DNA of 64,000 bases from Iphione sp. A-MEVVRFRX5 (taxonomy: Eukaryota): contig OZ320319.1 in assembly GCA_976226885.1 (NCBI GenBank), positions 47,182,001 to 47,246,000 on the forward strand, in the 5' to 3' direction. The translations under genes were made by a program, and so were the position numbers. Positions 37,819-50,700 of this stretch are shown piece by piece (the stretch's first letter is position 1; each line of letters starts with the position of its first letter). The notes under the pieces are model-generated. The model made no database searches. It worked only from the letters and a program-made list of their open reading frames with translations, and was not told the DNA's origin.

Positions 37819-39639
37819 CTATGTAAAAGAAAATATGTACAAGATATTTGTAAGAGATGAGCATGTGGGCAGCAACAGAATGCTGAGTAGTAACTGTAGG
37901 ATGTTTCCATGGACTTAACGGGGAGTGGGCTAAGTTATTATTTCCACCCCACTCACAAAAAGAAAAAAAAACTACGATACTCAAAACAGATACTTTTAGC
38001 AAGTGGTGAACTGTTATGCTCGAGTTCATATAATCGTTGCCACACATAACAGAGTATATAAGCAGGTATGTCATTGTGAAGAAAGAGACACATTTTCATG
38101 GTAGTTTTGAAAGAGATCACCCAGGCACAACCATTTTGTATATTTGGAGTGGACCAGATTCTTTACTTTTGTTATCTGTTCAAATCTACTAACTGCCAAC
38201 ACTCTCTAGACATAGACACGTTACAGTATCCTATACCAAAGACACAAGGGCTGTTCTAACTTCTATATTTTTAAAGAACAATTTATACACAATGGAGTTG
38301 TTCCTGGTGGAATTATCCTTCTAATGGACTGTATATATCAGTCATTAGCTAGATAGATCAACTAAAACCACACCTGTCATAGAAAGACAGTTAAAATCAA
38401 CAGTTGTTGTACACCTGGAGCTAGCAAACCCCGTACGATGCCTGATGAGCCAAATGAGAGCGAAACCTTGAAACAAAAAGCCTATAGTGATCATTGACAT
38501 AACAGTCGTAGTGAAGGATCTGTCACAACAATAGCAGTTAGGGTGTAACACTTTCACTTCATTCAAGATAGCATCCAGCTGGTGCAGAGCTCTAAGCCAT
38601 GTTTCTTGATATCTGTTCTAACTTCTACCTAACTATAGAAGACTCTACAAGTGGCAACTGAGACAATGCATCATAGATGCAGTGGACAGGTATGGTACAG
38701 GACACATGTTGAAATTGAGCCATAGAGGTGGAAGTTGTTTGGTTTTATTTTGGTATACAGCTGTACATGATATTCACAGAAACAGACCAGGCTTCTGCTG
38801 CACTGCACCGCATCCCTGCCCCGGACATCCTGTTCTTTACTATTGGTCCCTGCCTCGGCACACTAAACCAGAGATAGCAATGCGCGCAATAAGGGTTGAC
38901 AATGATGGCTGGGGATGACCAGGGTACTGTCCCATTCGTACCCATCACAGTTGCCTTGATGACCAGAGCACACTAGGAGAATTGCAAACCAATGCAAGAC
39001 TTCCATAGAATATTTACTAACCAGTAGATAAGAGGTGTAGAGTGTACTTTTAAGACTGTACTTTAAAGGTGGTTGTTGTTGCTATGTCCTTATCTTTCGT
39101 AAGAAGGTAAATAGCGGGTAGATCTGTTGATATGGCCCGCCTTCCAGGGTTCTTCCTCCTAATCTTTCTCCTCATTCCTCGCATTTTGCCTCCTCCTTCT
39201 ATCCTGCCTTTTGATACTCACAAGGCTAGAATCCATAATATAATACTCCAAGGGCAGACTTTCTCCAAAACTCTACTAATGTAAATATGGTTTATCCATT
39301 TAGGTATAGCCTGTACTTTGAATCACAGAATAGCCTGCGAGGTTCGACCAGTTTTCTCTCATGCTATGAATGCCACTGATCTAAATATTAATACCACTGA
39401 TTTAAGTATTACTTCAAATAATGCCCAGCCACCTCAGCTGAACACACATACTGTGCAAGGATTTTCCACGGATTCAATCTAGTAGACAAATGTCAATGGA
39501 AGTAAATGATTTCATTACTAATTTACTGTTCCCCATACCACTGTTTAGATAATTGCCTCTAACAAATAAGTCAATGTGGATACTGAAAATACTGTATACA
39601 TGCAGAAAATGTATCGAAATTAACAAAATGAAGTAAAAC

Positions 39640-40310
39640 ATTTCAAATTTCATTGTATGGTGAAGAGGCTGTGCAGGGTTAGCTGGGCATTCTGTTTTTT
39701 CCCAGCAGCTTTGCCAGAGGCATGTCCACCCCTCTTCAGAAGACACACCAACTGTTATCTTCGCTATCATCTCGAATTCTGCTTTGACGTAGTAGAACCT
39801 GCCTGTAGAGTCCTTCACAGCTCTCACAACCTCTCTGAACCACCTAACAGCCCAATACACATCCATGGTCTTCGAGAAACCTGTCAGCCTCAGCCTTCTA
39901 CATGAAGCAGCCTATTCATGAAAGCCCGTAGCCACTCCTCAAAGATAGCAGTAACCAACCAGGCCTTCTGATCTACTCTCTATGTCATAAGGACCTCTTT
40001 TCTTTTACTAGATTAAATGGTTTTCAGTAATAGGCGAGCCGCCACAAAAATGGAGGTCTTGTGAAGTGGACTTGGGATGCCTTCCGCAACTTTTCACACA
40101 TACACGCGCATACCCGCCCACCTGCCACCACTGCCGCTACCACCATGCGAGGCTGGGGATCCTTCTTTACGGCTGGGACATAGTACCCACCCAAAAAATA
40201 TTTCAGAGGCTTCAGCAGTCAAAGAAAAATGAAGTTGTACAGTGTTCAACTGTCTTAGTGATACAGGAGTTGTTAGTGGGGGGAGCCATATACCCAAGTA
40301 GTTGAAAGTC
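39640..40310 (-). mobile_element. Decayed pogo/Tigger (DDE_1) transposase
   Basis: Collinear motifs FNYLGIWLPP (about FN.DETGL.W..LP), TVQL..TAEASE, QKAWLVTAIFEEWL (about KAWMT..IFEEWL) and PANPAQPL (about LP.NTTS.LQPLD); broken by stops and frameshifts. Confidence 0.68.
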
Positions 40311-41916
40311 GATCTTCAAAAGCAGGAAGACGCACATTAGATGTTATGGGAAGCAGTGGCTCCAAGGGCCCCTCTTGGTCCAGTCTCGGCTGGGCAAGAC
40401 TGGAGGCGTGGCGCTTCTGAGTCGGTGTCCACAGGACCAAATATGGGACTCTTTGGCAAGTCTCACAAAGAGTCGAGGTGGTTGGTCAAGGTTACTGTTT
40501 CTGCCTCTCTGGCTTATCAAGGGCACCAGGAGAGGCAATGGGACACTGTAGACATTTAATGTCACGAATTCGATGTGTGAGGTTTGACAGACGTGTTACA
40601 TCAGCTGTAAATCAGAATCTTTGATAACCAGGAGGTGCGAGCTGGCAAGCCATGACAGCTGTGAAAAGGGACTCTCTGGTGCTTAGGGGAGGAATAAGTA
40701 GTAGTGGTTTGGAAACCTGTATGAGAAGTACAAATGTCGTTGCTACTACTGTGGCACCTTATAGAGAGGCAGTGATCCGTTTTAGCCAATTTATTCATGC
40801 CCTGAACGTAAACACGCAGCGGCTGACTGTCTGACAGGAAGAATTAAATTTAGAGAACGTTGTTTAACAAAGTGAGACCAGATAAATTTGTATATCCCCA
40901 GTACTGTCTGTTTGTTGGGGTTGCCCGTTGCCTAGGTTCCTAGTGTTGTTGTTGTTAAGATGCAGCTCTAAGCTTCTGCACATAGCAGAGAAAGTCATAA
41001 GAAGATATGCATAGAAATCTACCTTAGACAGTTTCTGAAATATAGTGAAGTACAGTAAAACCTCGACAATATGGGCAAGCAACATTCATACCAAAAATGC
41101 TTCCAACAGCCTGTGGACTGTAGTCCTGATTATCTTTAAACCCTAACAGCTATTTACCCCATTTTCAGTGTTGTCTGAATGATTTTGCTTTGTTGGTGTG
41201 AAGGAAGCTACTTGCATAACCATTTTAAAGGATGTGTAGCCAACTGAAGACGTTCAGGTTCTGCAGCATACTGCTTTGTCCTGTCTTGGTTCAGTGATTT
41301 TGCACTGAAGGACTATGTTGGCCGTATTCTCAATGTAAAATGTGGTTTTAGGACCCAAATTGAAAAGACCACATCGTGAGGTCATCTCAATCTTTATCTG
41401 CTCGTATTCCTGATAAGAGTTTTTTTTATATTCCTGATAGACCATACAGGGAACTGGTCCGTTTTCGGCAAATTCGACTGGACTGCCTATCGACTGCCTA
41501 TTTGAGTGGACCACATTGTGAAATACTACTGCACTGATGAAACAAAAGACTGAAGCCCCTTCAATTTACATCTAAATCGTCTATAGGATTTTGTATCGTT
41601 CATCAATACTGACGGAGACACAGGGTATAGACACTGACATGAAATCTCTCCCAATCAGTCTACATAAGTTCTTTCTGCACCTATGTCCAAACGTTAATCA
41701 TCCCAGCATCTAAACTCTCGTTCACACATACTTGTGCTGCTGACAAAAGTAGGTGTAGGAAAAAGGAGACAGTAAAACAATTTTTGTCATGCAGGAATAA
41801 AATCACATGTTAAACAGTTAAATATAGGACCATTATTTCAACAGAATGTCTTAATGAGTGAAAAACTTGCCATAACAATAAATATATATGATGTACACTA
41901 CATGATAAGTGCAGTG

Positions 41917-42677
41917 AACGCTGCATATGGAGGTCACATTCTCTCAAATAGTGAGAGTATGAGTGAGAACATGAGTGTCAGAGAATATGAGGAGAGTATG
42001 AGTGTGAGTGAGAGCATGAGTGTCAGTGACGATATAATGATAATATGAGTGTGAGTGAGAGCATGATTATCAGTAAGAGTATGAGTGAGAGCATGAGTGT
42101 CAGGGAGGACATGAGGAGAGTATGAGTGTGAGAGCATGAGTGTCAGTGAGGATGGTATGAGTGTGAGAGCATGAATGTCCATGAGAGCATGAGTAAGAAT
42201 ATGCATGACAGATTGAGTGTTGGTAAGAGTATGAGTGAGAGCATGAGTGTCAGTGAGACCATGAAGAGAGTATGAGTGATTAATGTCAGTGAGAACATGA
42301 GGAGAATATAAGTGTGTGTGAGAGCATGACTGTCAGCAAGAGTACCAGTGAGAGCATGAGTGTCAGGGAGGACATGAGAGTATGAGTGTGAGAGTATGAG
42401 AGTCCATGAGAGTACAAGTAAGAATGTGAGTGACAGAATGAATGTCAGTGACAGCATAAATAAAAGTATGAATGAAATCATAAGTGTCAGTGAGAACATG
42501 AGGACAGTATGAGTGTGAGAGCAAGAGTGTGAGTGAGAGCATGAGTAAGACTATGAGTGAGGGCATGAATGTTTGTAAGAACATGGATGAGAGTATGAGT
42601 GAGAGCCAGAGTATGAATGAAAGCATGAGTAAGGTACATACAAAAAAGCATGAGTCAGAGTATGAGTGAAAACATGA
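41917..42677 (+). repeat. Hexamer-based minisatellite with conserved leader, copy 2
   Basis: Same 38-nt leader and same internal AAAAAAGCATGAGT landmark as 35774-36421. Confidence 0.9.
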
Positions 42678-43539
42678 GGCAGTGGCCGGTGAATGGCTTT
42701 TGCAGCTCTTTGGCTGGCTCTGAAGCCCTTCCCCCTGAGTGCTCACGGTCCTGGCAGTGTGCTTCATGCTTCTACCTGCTTCCCTCTTGTTCTGATCCCC
42801 TCTTCCTTGGGCACTCGCGGTCCCGTCAGTGCGCATTACAACACGGCAGTGAATTGAGACAAAGTTTATTCAACAAAACACCGTGCAAAACAGTGCAAAT
42901 AGCAAATGAACAGTGAGTGAAAGGCAAAATGTGTGTTATCAATTAGTGATCAGAGAGTCCAGCCAGGCGGGCTGTAATTGTATGAACAATGGTTCATAAC
43001 TAAAGCCTCATATTTTAATGACTGGAACAGGTTGGGTCCATCTGTATTCACCTATTCAGTACTGAGACCAGTGCAGAGCTACACTTAGTATGCTCCACTT
43101 CCTGTTGCACCTAAAGACTATGTATAACTGTGACTGTTTGATTGAAATGTCTACCTACTTTGGAAGAAAATTTGTTTTATATGACAGAATTATAATATAG
43201 AAATACATGAGACTACCTTTAGATCAAGTGCTTACATCTAAACTGTCCTTAGTTTATTAATTGTAAGCCTGGAGATTATCAAAGGAATATCTGCTAACTC
43301 CCTTTTATCACTCATTCCGTACTTTCACAGAATTTTTGCAAAATAAACAAGTTTAGAGAGGATTTAGATTCACTACTTCAATATCGCTCTTTCATTAATT
43401 AATTGATAAATGAAGTAGACATGAAAGATTTAATTGTTACAGTTTATATACACATAAAATCAGCTTTGACAACCCTTGCGTGACCTAGAAGCAGAAGTGT
43501 TAAATACCATATACTGATGCATGCTAGGATAGTACTCGT

Positions 43540-43760
43540 TTAGTCTAGGTTAAGGCCCCTGGGAGTGACTGTTTTTAGCCTGTGTATCCAACTCTTTTGA
43601 TGGTGATTGCAAAAGGATTTAAATTCTGCTGATGCAGGTATTTTAAGGAACTCCAGGATTGAGATAGATATTCCTTAGAACCATTTAGCTGGATTGGTTG
43701 TTGGGCAGGCGTTCAAGTGCTCTGCTACAGTGCTGTCTTTACAGTGTACAATTTCATTCT
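43540..43760 (-). mobile_element. Penelope-like retroelement remnant (GIY-YIG endonuclease C-terminus)
   Basis: One frame reads KDSTVAEHLN...WF*GISISIL...KSWIHRLKTVTPRGLNLD*, matching the PLE S.VAEH and WI..L.T..P.GLN motifs; one internal stop. Confidence 0.8.
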
Positions 43761-44240
43761 GCCTGTCTTATTGAGTCAAAGGCAGTATGATTACATGGGA
43801 AGAGTACAACTTAGTATCACCCAAGGGTTGCAAAGCCACCACTTGTAGCGCACAATAGGGTCCTACCACATTCCAACCCTCCCCCCCCCCATAACTGCAT
43901 GTGAAAATTTGACGTGAGGACAGACATCACTCAACCATGGGAAACAGGCATAAGAATAAATCATAGAAGTCAAGGATTGGCTTCTTATGCCCCAGGATTC
44001 AAACCTAGGCAGGCACAACTATCCTAAACCTTGCACCTGATAAGACACTACAGTCGAAACCATCTCAATGGCCTATAAATATGAACCCTAATGAAGACAT
44101 CCAAATGTACGAAACGTTGGGAAATTAAAACCTACCACAATGTATAACCCCACCACAACGGACATCAATGGGACTTTTGTCAAACTGTCCGTTGTTGGGG
44201 ATGTCCGCTGTGTCCGGGTTACCCATTCCAATAAGGTTCA

Positions 44241-44575
44241 AGTGGCAGACTGAAGGGGGCCAATGGCAGAGGCAAGGGCAGCAGTGGCAGACTGAAGGGG
44301 GGGGGGGGCAGCGGCAGAGGCAAGGACGGCAGTGCCAGACTGAAAGGGGCGGGGGGGGGGGGCAGCGGCAGAGGCAAGGACGGCAGTGCCAGACTGAAGG
44401 GGGCAAACGGCAGAGGCAAGGACGGCAGCAGCAGAAGGAGAGGTGTCAGTATGAGGTCACACCTCTCCCGGGTGTGACTGTCCGTCAAAGAGAGGTTCCT
44501 CCAGGGTGTCAGGACGAGGTCGCGCCTCTCTCAGGTGCAATAGTCCTTCAAAGAGAGGTTCCTCCAAGGTGTCAG
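44241..44575 (+). repeat. Two adjacent tandem arrays (42/48/54/42-bp units; 63-bp units)
   Basis: AGTG[GC]CAGACTGAAGGGG...GCAGAGGCAAGG units start at 44241, 44283, 44331 and 44385; GTGTCAG recurs at 44443, 44506 and 44569. Confidence 0.9.
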
Positions 44576-45043
44576 GGCCTCAACCCTACTTTAGTTATAA
44601 ATTAAACAGACACTAATGACAAATCATATTAACTGGATCATTTTCCGTCATAACAAGTGAAATGTGAGAGGAACTTTCACTGTTAATTGCTTATACCATG
44701 CCGACCATACTCTTTTACGCCTAGGGATCATGATTCATCTACTAAGATCTAGACTGCAACATCGTGTTCAATCAAAAGCATGCTTTTCCCACTGACAATC
44801 GACTTTTAACACCTACAGGTACCCATAAATGACATTTCCGTAGACTTCTTTGCACATAGAGGAAGGAATAACTATGATGGACTGAGTTCAGAGCCATAGA
44901 TTAGTGTACTATGAACAAGATAAATGGCACTGGCATAATGTATTATTCACATACCTATTCGTATTTCCAAAATAAGAAAAAAAAGGTGATCCCCCAACGT
45001 AAGACGACAGCCTAGGGTAAAAATCAGCATATTTTCGATATTA

Positions 45044-45450
<407 letters not shown>

Positions 45451-46189
45451 TGTTATTTATCATATTGTCAATATTTACTAGTAATGTGTATTCCTTATTT
45501 ACTGTGCCTCCAATAAACTTAAAATCTTTCATTTTCAAAGCTGGTTGGGCGATAAAATATCTGTTTGCCGGAACATCACATGTGTCTGGAGCACTCCAAT
45601 GCTGAGACGGGAACACAAACAGTAGAGGGAGTATTTTCATAATAAAAGGACTGTTGCCGCCTCTAACTGTTCACAGTATTTCTTATTTATATAGAAGCAC
45701 TCGCCGTAATTCAACACGTCTTGTGTCCTGACAGTTTACATGACCCGTTCGGGCCGTTGATATCTCCACTGTAAATGTACTGTGTAGATGTTCATTTCAT
45801 GTTGGCGTGTGTGAGAAACTGTCATCATCAAGTTTAAGCTGATTTCCGGCATCACTGTGCGCCAAGACCACAGTACAAATCAGACTTATGATGCTAGACA
45901 CACGTGCCCGAAACCAGTATTGAAACGTAGACTTGAGTGGCACCAGAGAAGGGTTGACAGCAGCGGTGAAGTGTGACACACCACAGACATGTTCTTTCCA
46001 GTGTAGGGATAAGTGATTACATTTTGTAGTTTAGAGACAAAGGAAAGTCCTCTTAGGCTCTTTGATGGTCGAAGTATCTGACCACCATGGCGGCGTGTTA
46101 GAATATGATTATGAAGAACAGTATATGTCAACTAAGCCGTAGGCAGGAGCAAGTTTGGTTGTTGACAACCGGACAACTGGACTTATTGT

Positions 46190-46560
46190 CTTATAGATGA
46201 TCAACGAAATGAGGCCAGCACAATCTCCTGTTTAAGCATAGCAAGGTACTTTAAGCTAAAATGTATCAGGTCAAGCTGCTCATGAAGCGGCGCATGTGTG
46301 TTTAGTGGGAGCCTGGATGAATCGAGGTGGTGGCGGCGGTATCTACGGAGGAGGGGAGTGGTTGCCTGTTCGAGCGACAGCGGGTGGTGGTGACAGCCAT
46401 ATGACTGTACATTTTAACGAATAGCATTTCAGATTGCCCACATTGCAGCTTTAAAGTCGGGCACTGCCCTTGTCATCTTGAGATTCGGTATTCTATCCTT
46501 GATGACTTGAAGGAGCTTCACATACTGCTTCTTTTGATGAGGTCGGTGGCAGGCACTTCT
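46190..46560 (-). mobile_element. Decayed MULE/Mutator transposase fragment
   Basis: KKQYVKLLQVIKDRIPNLKMTRAVPDFKAAMWAI*...GCHHH..LEQA, then after a frameshift MRRFMSSL. Resembles MULE Y..L...IK...P.L......DFE.A.W.A......GC.FH..QA; contains stops and frameshifts. Confidence 0.72.
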
Positions 46561-46859
46561 GTCACCTGTGTCCCTGTTCAGTAGAACTTGTCTGTTCCTT
46601 CTTCGTTCCAGGGCTTTTATCTTTACTTTCTTATGAAGTCTTGTCTTTACTTTCTTATGATGTTATCTACAACTTGGAGATGACCAGCCCCGGCCGTCAC
46701 CGCCCCCGACCGTGTAAAAACGCCACTCTCCCCCTATAGTCTGCATATTGCCGCATTCAAAATGTTGATTGATATTCATGAATAAAAAGCTGAAAGCATT
46801 TCACGGAACCCAACACCTTAAGATAATATATGTGAATACATTTCTTCTTTTTCAGAAAG

Positions 46860-47048
46860 ATGGCAAAGACAAAAAATAAAAAGAAGAGTATCTCTGATAA
46901 AGTTCGAGGGAAGAAGGCAGGCAACGATAATAAAGTGAACCCATTTGAAATCAAGTTCAACCGGCAAAAGCACAATGTTATTGGTCGTAAAATGGCAAAG
47001 GAAGATCAAGGGATGCCAGGAGTCTCTAGATCAAAAGCAAACAAAAAG
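46860..47048 (+). CDS. NOP14: Nucleolar protein 14, coding exon 1
   Basis: MAKTKNKK...NPFEIKFNRQKHNVIGRK...GMPGVSRSKANKK matches the NOP14 N-terminus (NPFEVKVNRQK..LGRK...GLPGVSR); donor AAG|GTACTT; acceptor TTCTTTTTCAG 4 nt before the ATG. Confidence 0.94.
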
Positions 47049-47641
47049 GTACTTTATAAAATATTTTCTCTTGTCTTATTTAAACTAGTGATCCATATCA
47101 TCGGAAATCTTACAATATCCGACCGTGACTTAACAATAGTCGTTGAAGTTAGATTCCGTGTTCTGATGTAAGTCTACAATTGCTAGAAATTTTCTAATCG
47201 GACGAAATGATACGGAGTTAGAGCGATGAACAACATGTCATTCAGTGGTCAGTTTAATTTTAAAAAAAAATATTGGCTTTTCAGTACCTTGCAAAAGGCT
47301 ATTTATTATTTGTGTAAAGTCTTGATAGGCCTTGTGATTGGTACTTGCACTATTTGGTTCCATTTACAAAGTTATTTCATTTGTACAAGCATATTTTTGC
47401 CATTGGTACCTACAAATGCACTGAGCTTAGCATTGGTAACATGAAATTATTACAGCCCGTCGGAGTGTTTGATTGCAATCTGCACTTTGCTTGTGATATG
47501 TTAAAGGAAAGTCCCCGGGGAAACCGATTAAGGAGTCGTTCAAATTACATAATGTAACGCTCGCGTTTATAATGGTAGATCTTATACATCTGCTGGTTTT
47601 ACAGGATCACATTTGTATTCTTGGATTTTTTTTCTTTCCAG

Positions 47642-47776
47642 CGCAAGGAAACCCTTTTGGTTGAATACAACAAGAAAACGAAAGTAAACAAATTTTTGGA
47701 CCGGCGAATTGGAGAAAACGACCCCGAATTATCCGTAGAAGATAAGATGTTGAAACGTTTTGCCACAGAAAGGCAG
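47642..47776 (+). CDS. NOP14: Nucleolar protein 14, coding exon 2 (gene continues beyond what is visible)
   Basis: RKETLLVEYNKKTKVNKFLDRRIGENDPELSVEDKMLKRFATERQ matches NOP14 TLL.EY....K.N.F.D.R.GE......EEKM.KRFA.E.Q; acceptor TTTTTTCTTTCCAG, donor CAG|GTGGGT; phases 0/0. Confidence 0.95.
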
Positions 47777-50700
47777 GTGGGTTATTTTTTATTTTTTTCA
47801 CGTGATATGACGGAGGATTTTATCGGTGCATTATACTTCAAATGTGTTCAGTCGCTAACACTTGAGGAAGAGTGTCACTCATTCAGCGGGGTACCAAAAC
47901 GAGTTTTTATAGCTGTAATCATCAATGACTTGACATTTTAACAGCAAGTGGTCAGTATTCGAAAGATAATAACAGATTAAGATGCTCCCTCCTGTAATAA
48001 TTCAGTTTGATTTTAAATTGATCTAATAGTTGAAAATTTGATCCTGCCAAGGAAAGCAGCCCTGTAGGTTGTGTTTGTTAAAATTGGTCAGTTTCTTTGG
48101 TAAGCTGACCAACCAGAGTATACGGATTGCTAGGTATCTGGTTCCTCATTTTTTGTTTATTTTGGTAAGAAATTTTTGACGAGTAACATCTGCCGCAATC
48201 TGTTATTTTTATACTGTGTGCCAACTCCCTTTAGCAGCGTTTCTTCTTGAGCACTTGCTCCTTCACAGTTTCTCTGCACCTATTCATCAGGTGAACTCCT
48301 TCTAAGTCGGCATGCTTAGTGGTTCTCCTTCATCCTCGGTTATAAAGAGTCACCCTTTGTCGTGCACCGACTGGTGGTTGTCTTTCATGTACCACACACA
48401 AGATCCGTGTGAGTAGCAAGAGACTCAGCTCGTGGAACCACTGCCTGACCTTTGTTTAGCCTTCCCTCTGCTAATAGACATGTCTTGGAGGCGGTCCATT
48501 GACAGCTGCTTCCTCCTGGGTCCTCCGCTCGCTAGCAATTATTCCTCAACCCATCCACCACGCCCGACACCTGCTTCTCCTCCGTGCCTACTGATATACA
48601 TTGCTTGTTCTCCGTCCATCTGTGGACGTCACTGGTTCCAACTACTAGACACTCCAGGGAAGTGCTGGAACGCAGTTTGAGGGGTAGCTCAAGACGAGTC
48701 TTAAGTGACGCTATTGATCCAACGCACAACGTACAGTGTGTCTTACAGTAGGTTTTGAGAGAAAAGGGCCATCACTTTATCTTTTTAGAAATAATTTGCA
48801 TCGTATGTTAGAGGACATTATCCATAATACCCAATGTCAGTTTTATGTTGGTAGCTAGAACTGTACATAATGAAACCAAACATAAAAAAAATCCACGCAG
48901 CCGAAGTTGGCAATATCAATCTCTGCGCTATGTGAAAAAGAAACGCACAGGCTTGCAGCTGAGATGAAAGATCTTTCCTAAACAAAAACAAACTGTAAGT
49001 TACTGTGGTAACTGGATTCATGTTTTCCTCTCTCTCGAGGGACGTGTGATCCACTTTTGGTTTAGAAAAAGGCGGAAAGGGTAACAATAGCGCTCGTGGC
49101 GTAAATCTCGCGTGCCGACTGGCTGGGCACTATCACGACAGCGTGTTCCTCAGAGCTACTCATTCGCTCTCTGCGTTACCTTTTTTTATATTAGGTTATC
49201 ACAGGACTGAGGCCAATTGCTTATTCCAACTACGTAAGGTCGTGACCATAACGCGGCAGGATGTACATGAATGATTGAGTTACCTGGACAGGTAATACGA
49301 GCGACTTTCACGTCGTCTCGCAGGCGGTTTAATGCTTATGGCTGCTCGGGTACTATCAAACCATGAAGTCGAATACTTTCTAATTGCAACATATCTGTCT
49401 TACAAAGTGACTTTTGAAAAAAATATTATAATCAGGAGAAACCTATTTGCGATGTAGTAGCTTGCACAGTGCTGTAGGTTCATTCAGCACCACAAATGTA
49501 ATACAAAGGAAAAACAACGATAAAACTTATTTGCGTATACTGTATTTCCCTCACATGTGTTATGCTTAGGCCAGGAAGTTGTTTCAATGGAGCGATGACT
49601 GCAGAAGTTAGATCCACTAATGCAGTTGATTGGAGTTTTTTTTTGTATTAGTAGCACTCAGTCTTATTTCGCTCTGAACTTGTTATATATTAAATAAGTA
49701 ATCTATACGTTAGTTGTAGGTGAGTCGTTTTCAATCCATATAGTTACACACACGAAGATGTGAACCTTTTCAACATACATATCAACAGTGGGACCTGTTC
49801 AATCTGGTCACCCGTGAGACTGACTGTTGGTAATCAGAATGAAAAGGTTCCCTGATTATGTAGGCCCTGATTAGTGATAAAAAATGAATTATTTCAAGGA
49901 CAGTGGCTGAAATGAACACATGGCTGTTCCTGATTATGGATGACCACAATGAGAGGTTCCTTGTAATTGAACAAATGTATCTATACATCTACAATACAAC
50001 ACACGAATCATTCACGGTACATGCTTTTAACACTTCGGGAGGATGTGAAACGGCAGTCATTCCACGACATTAAACACATACACATGAACTGACAATTGAC
50101 ATTGATGGCCAGACGTGCGTAGCATAGTGGGATGCGTGCATTTAGAAGTACATCTATGATCTAGTCTAACTAGTCCTACACACGGCACTGATACAATGCG
50201 GCATTTCGATTGTGATAATTTGTTGAGTGCTTATGGTAAGCGTGACTGATAATTTTGTTCGTGGCAGTCCTCCATTCAAGAGAGGTGCGTGAATGGCGGT
50301 GATAATGTGCAGGGCGAAGATTTGGTACCTGGAGAGCTATAACAGTAGGAGGGGTATAGGGTAGGCAGCCGCAGCAGTCCCGGAGTAAATGAAGCAGTGT
50401 TTCACCATCGGATCTCGTCCAGAAGTTTTCATTGTTTTCTTGTGTCGAGCAAAAGTCAAAATGTTGATCAGAGGCAAAAGGGCTTCGATGCTAGTCAGAA
50501 AAATAAAGTGAAAAGTTTATTATTGATAGAAAGCTGCTTTTGTCCCCTGTTTTAACCTATGAGTGGATGGATAATCTTGCCAGACGTCTTTAGAAAAGAG
50601 TGTCTGATATACGTAAGTTCTGTAAGTAATGTCTCTATGCATATCATTAAAGTTACACCAGTATATTGTTATACAGTATATAGAATGTGAATTTGAGTGT

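Noticed and set aside
38441-38470. CTGATGA-GC...GC-GAAAC hammerhead-like core; similar weak cases near 19290-19312, 21356-21392, 28520-28546 and 48268-48292
   Set aside because: Stem II of at most 2 bp, no valid cleavage triplet or stem I. Some may be decayed PLE ends, but they cannot be separated from chance.
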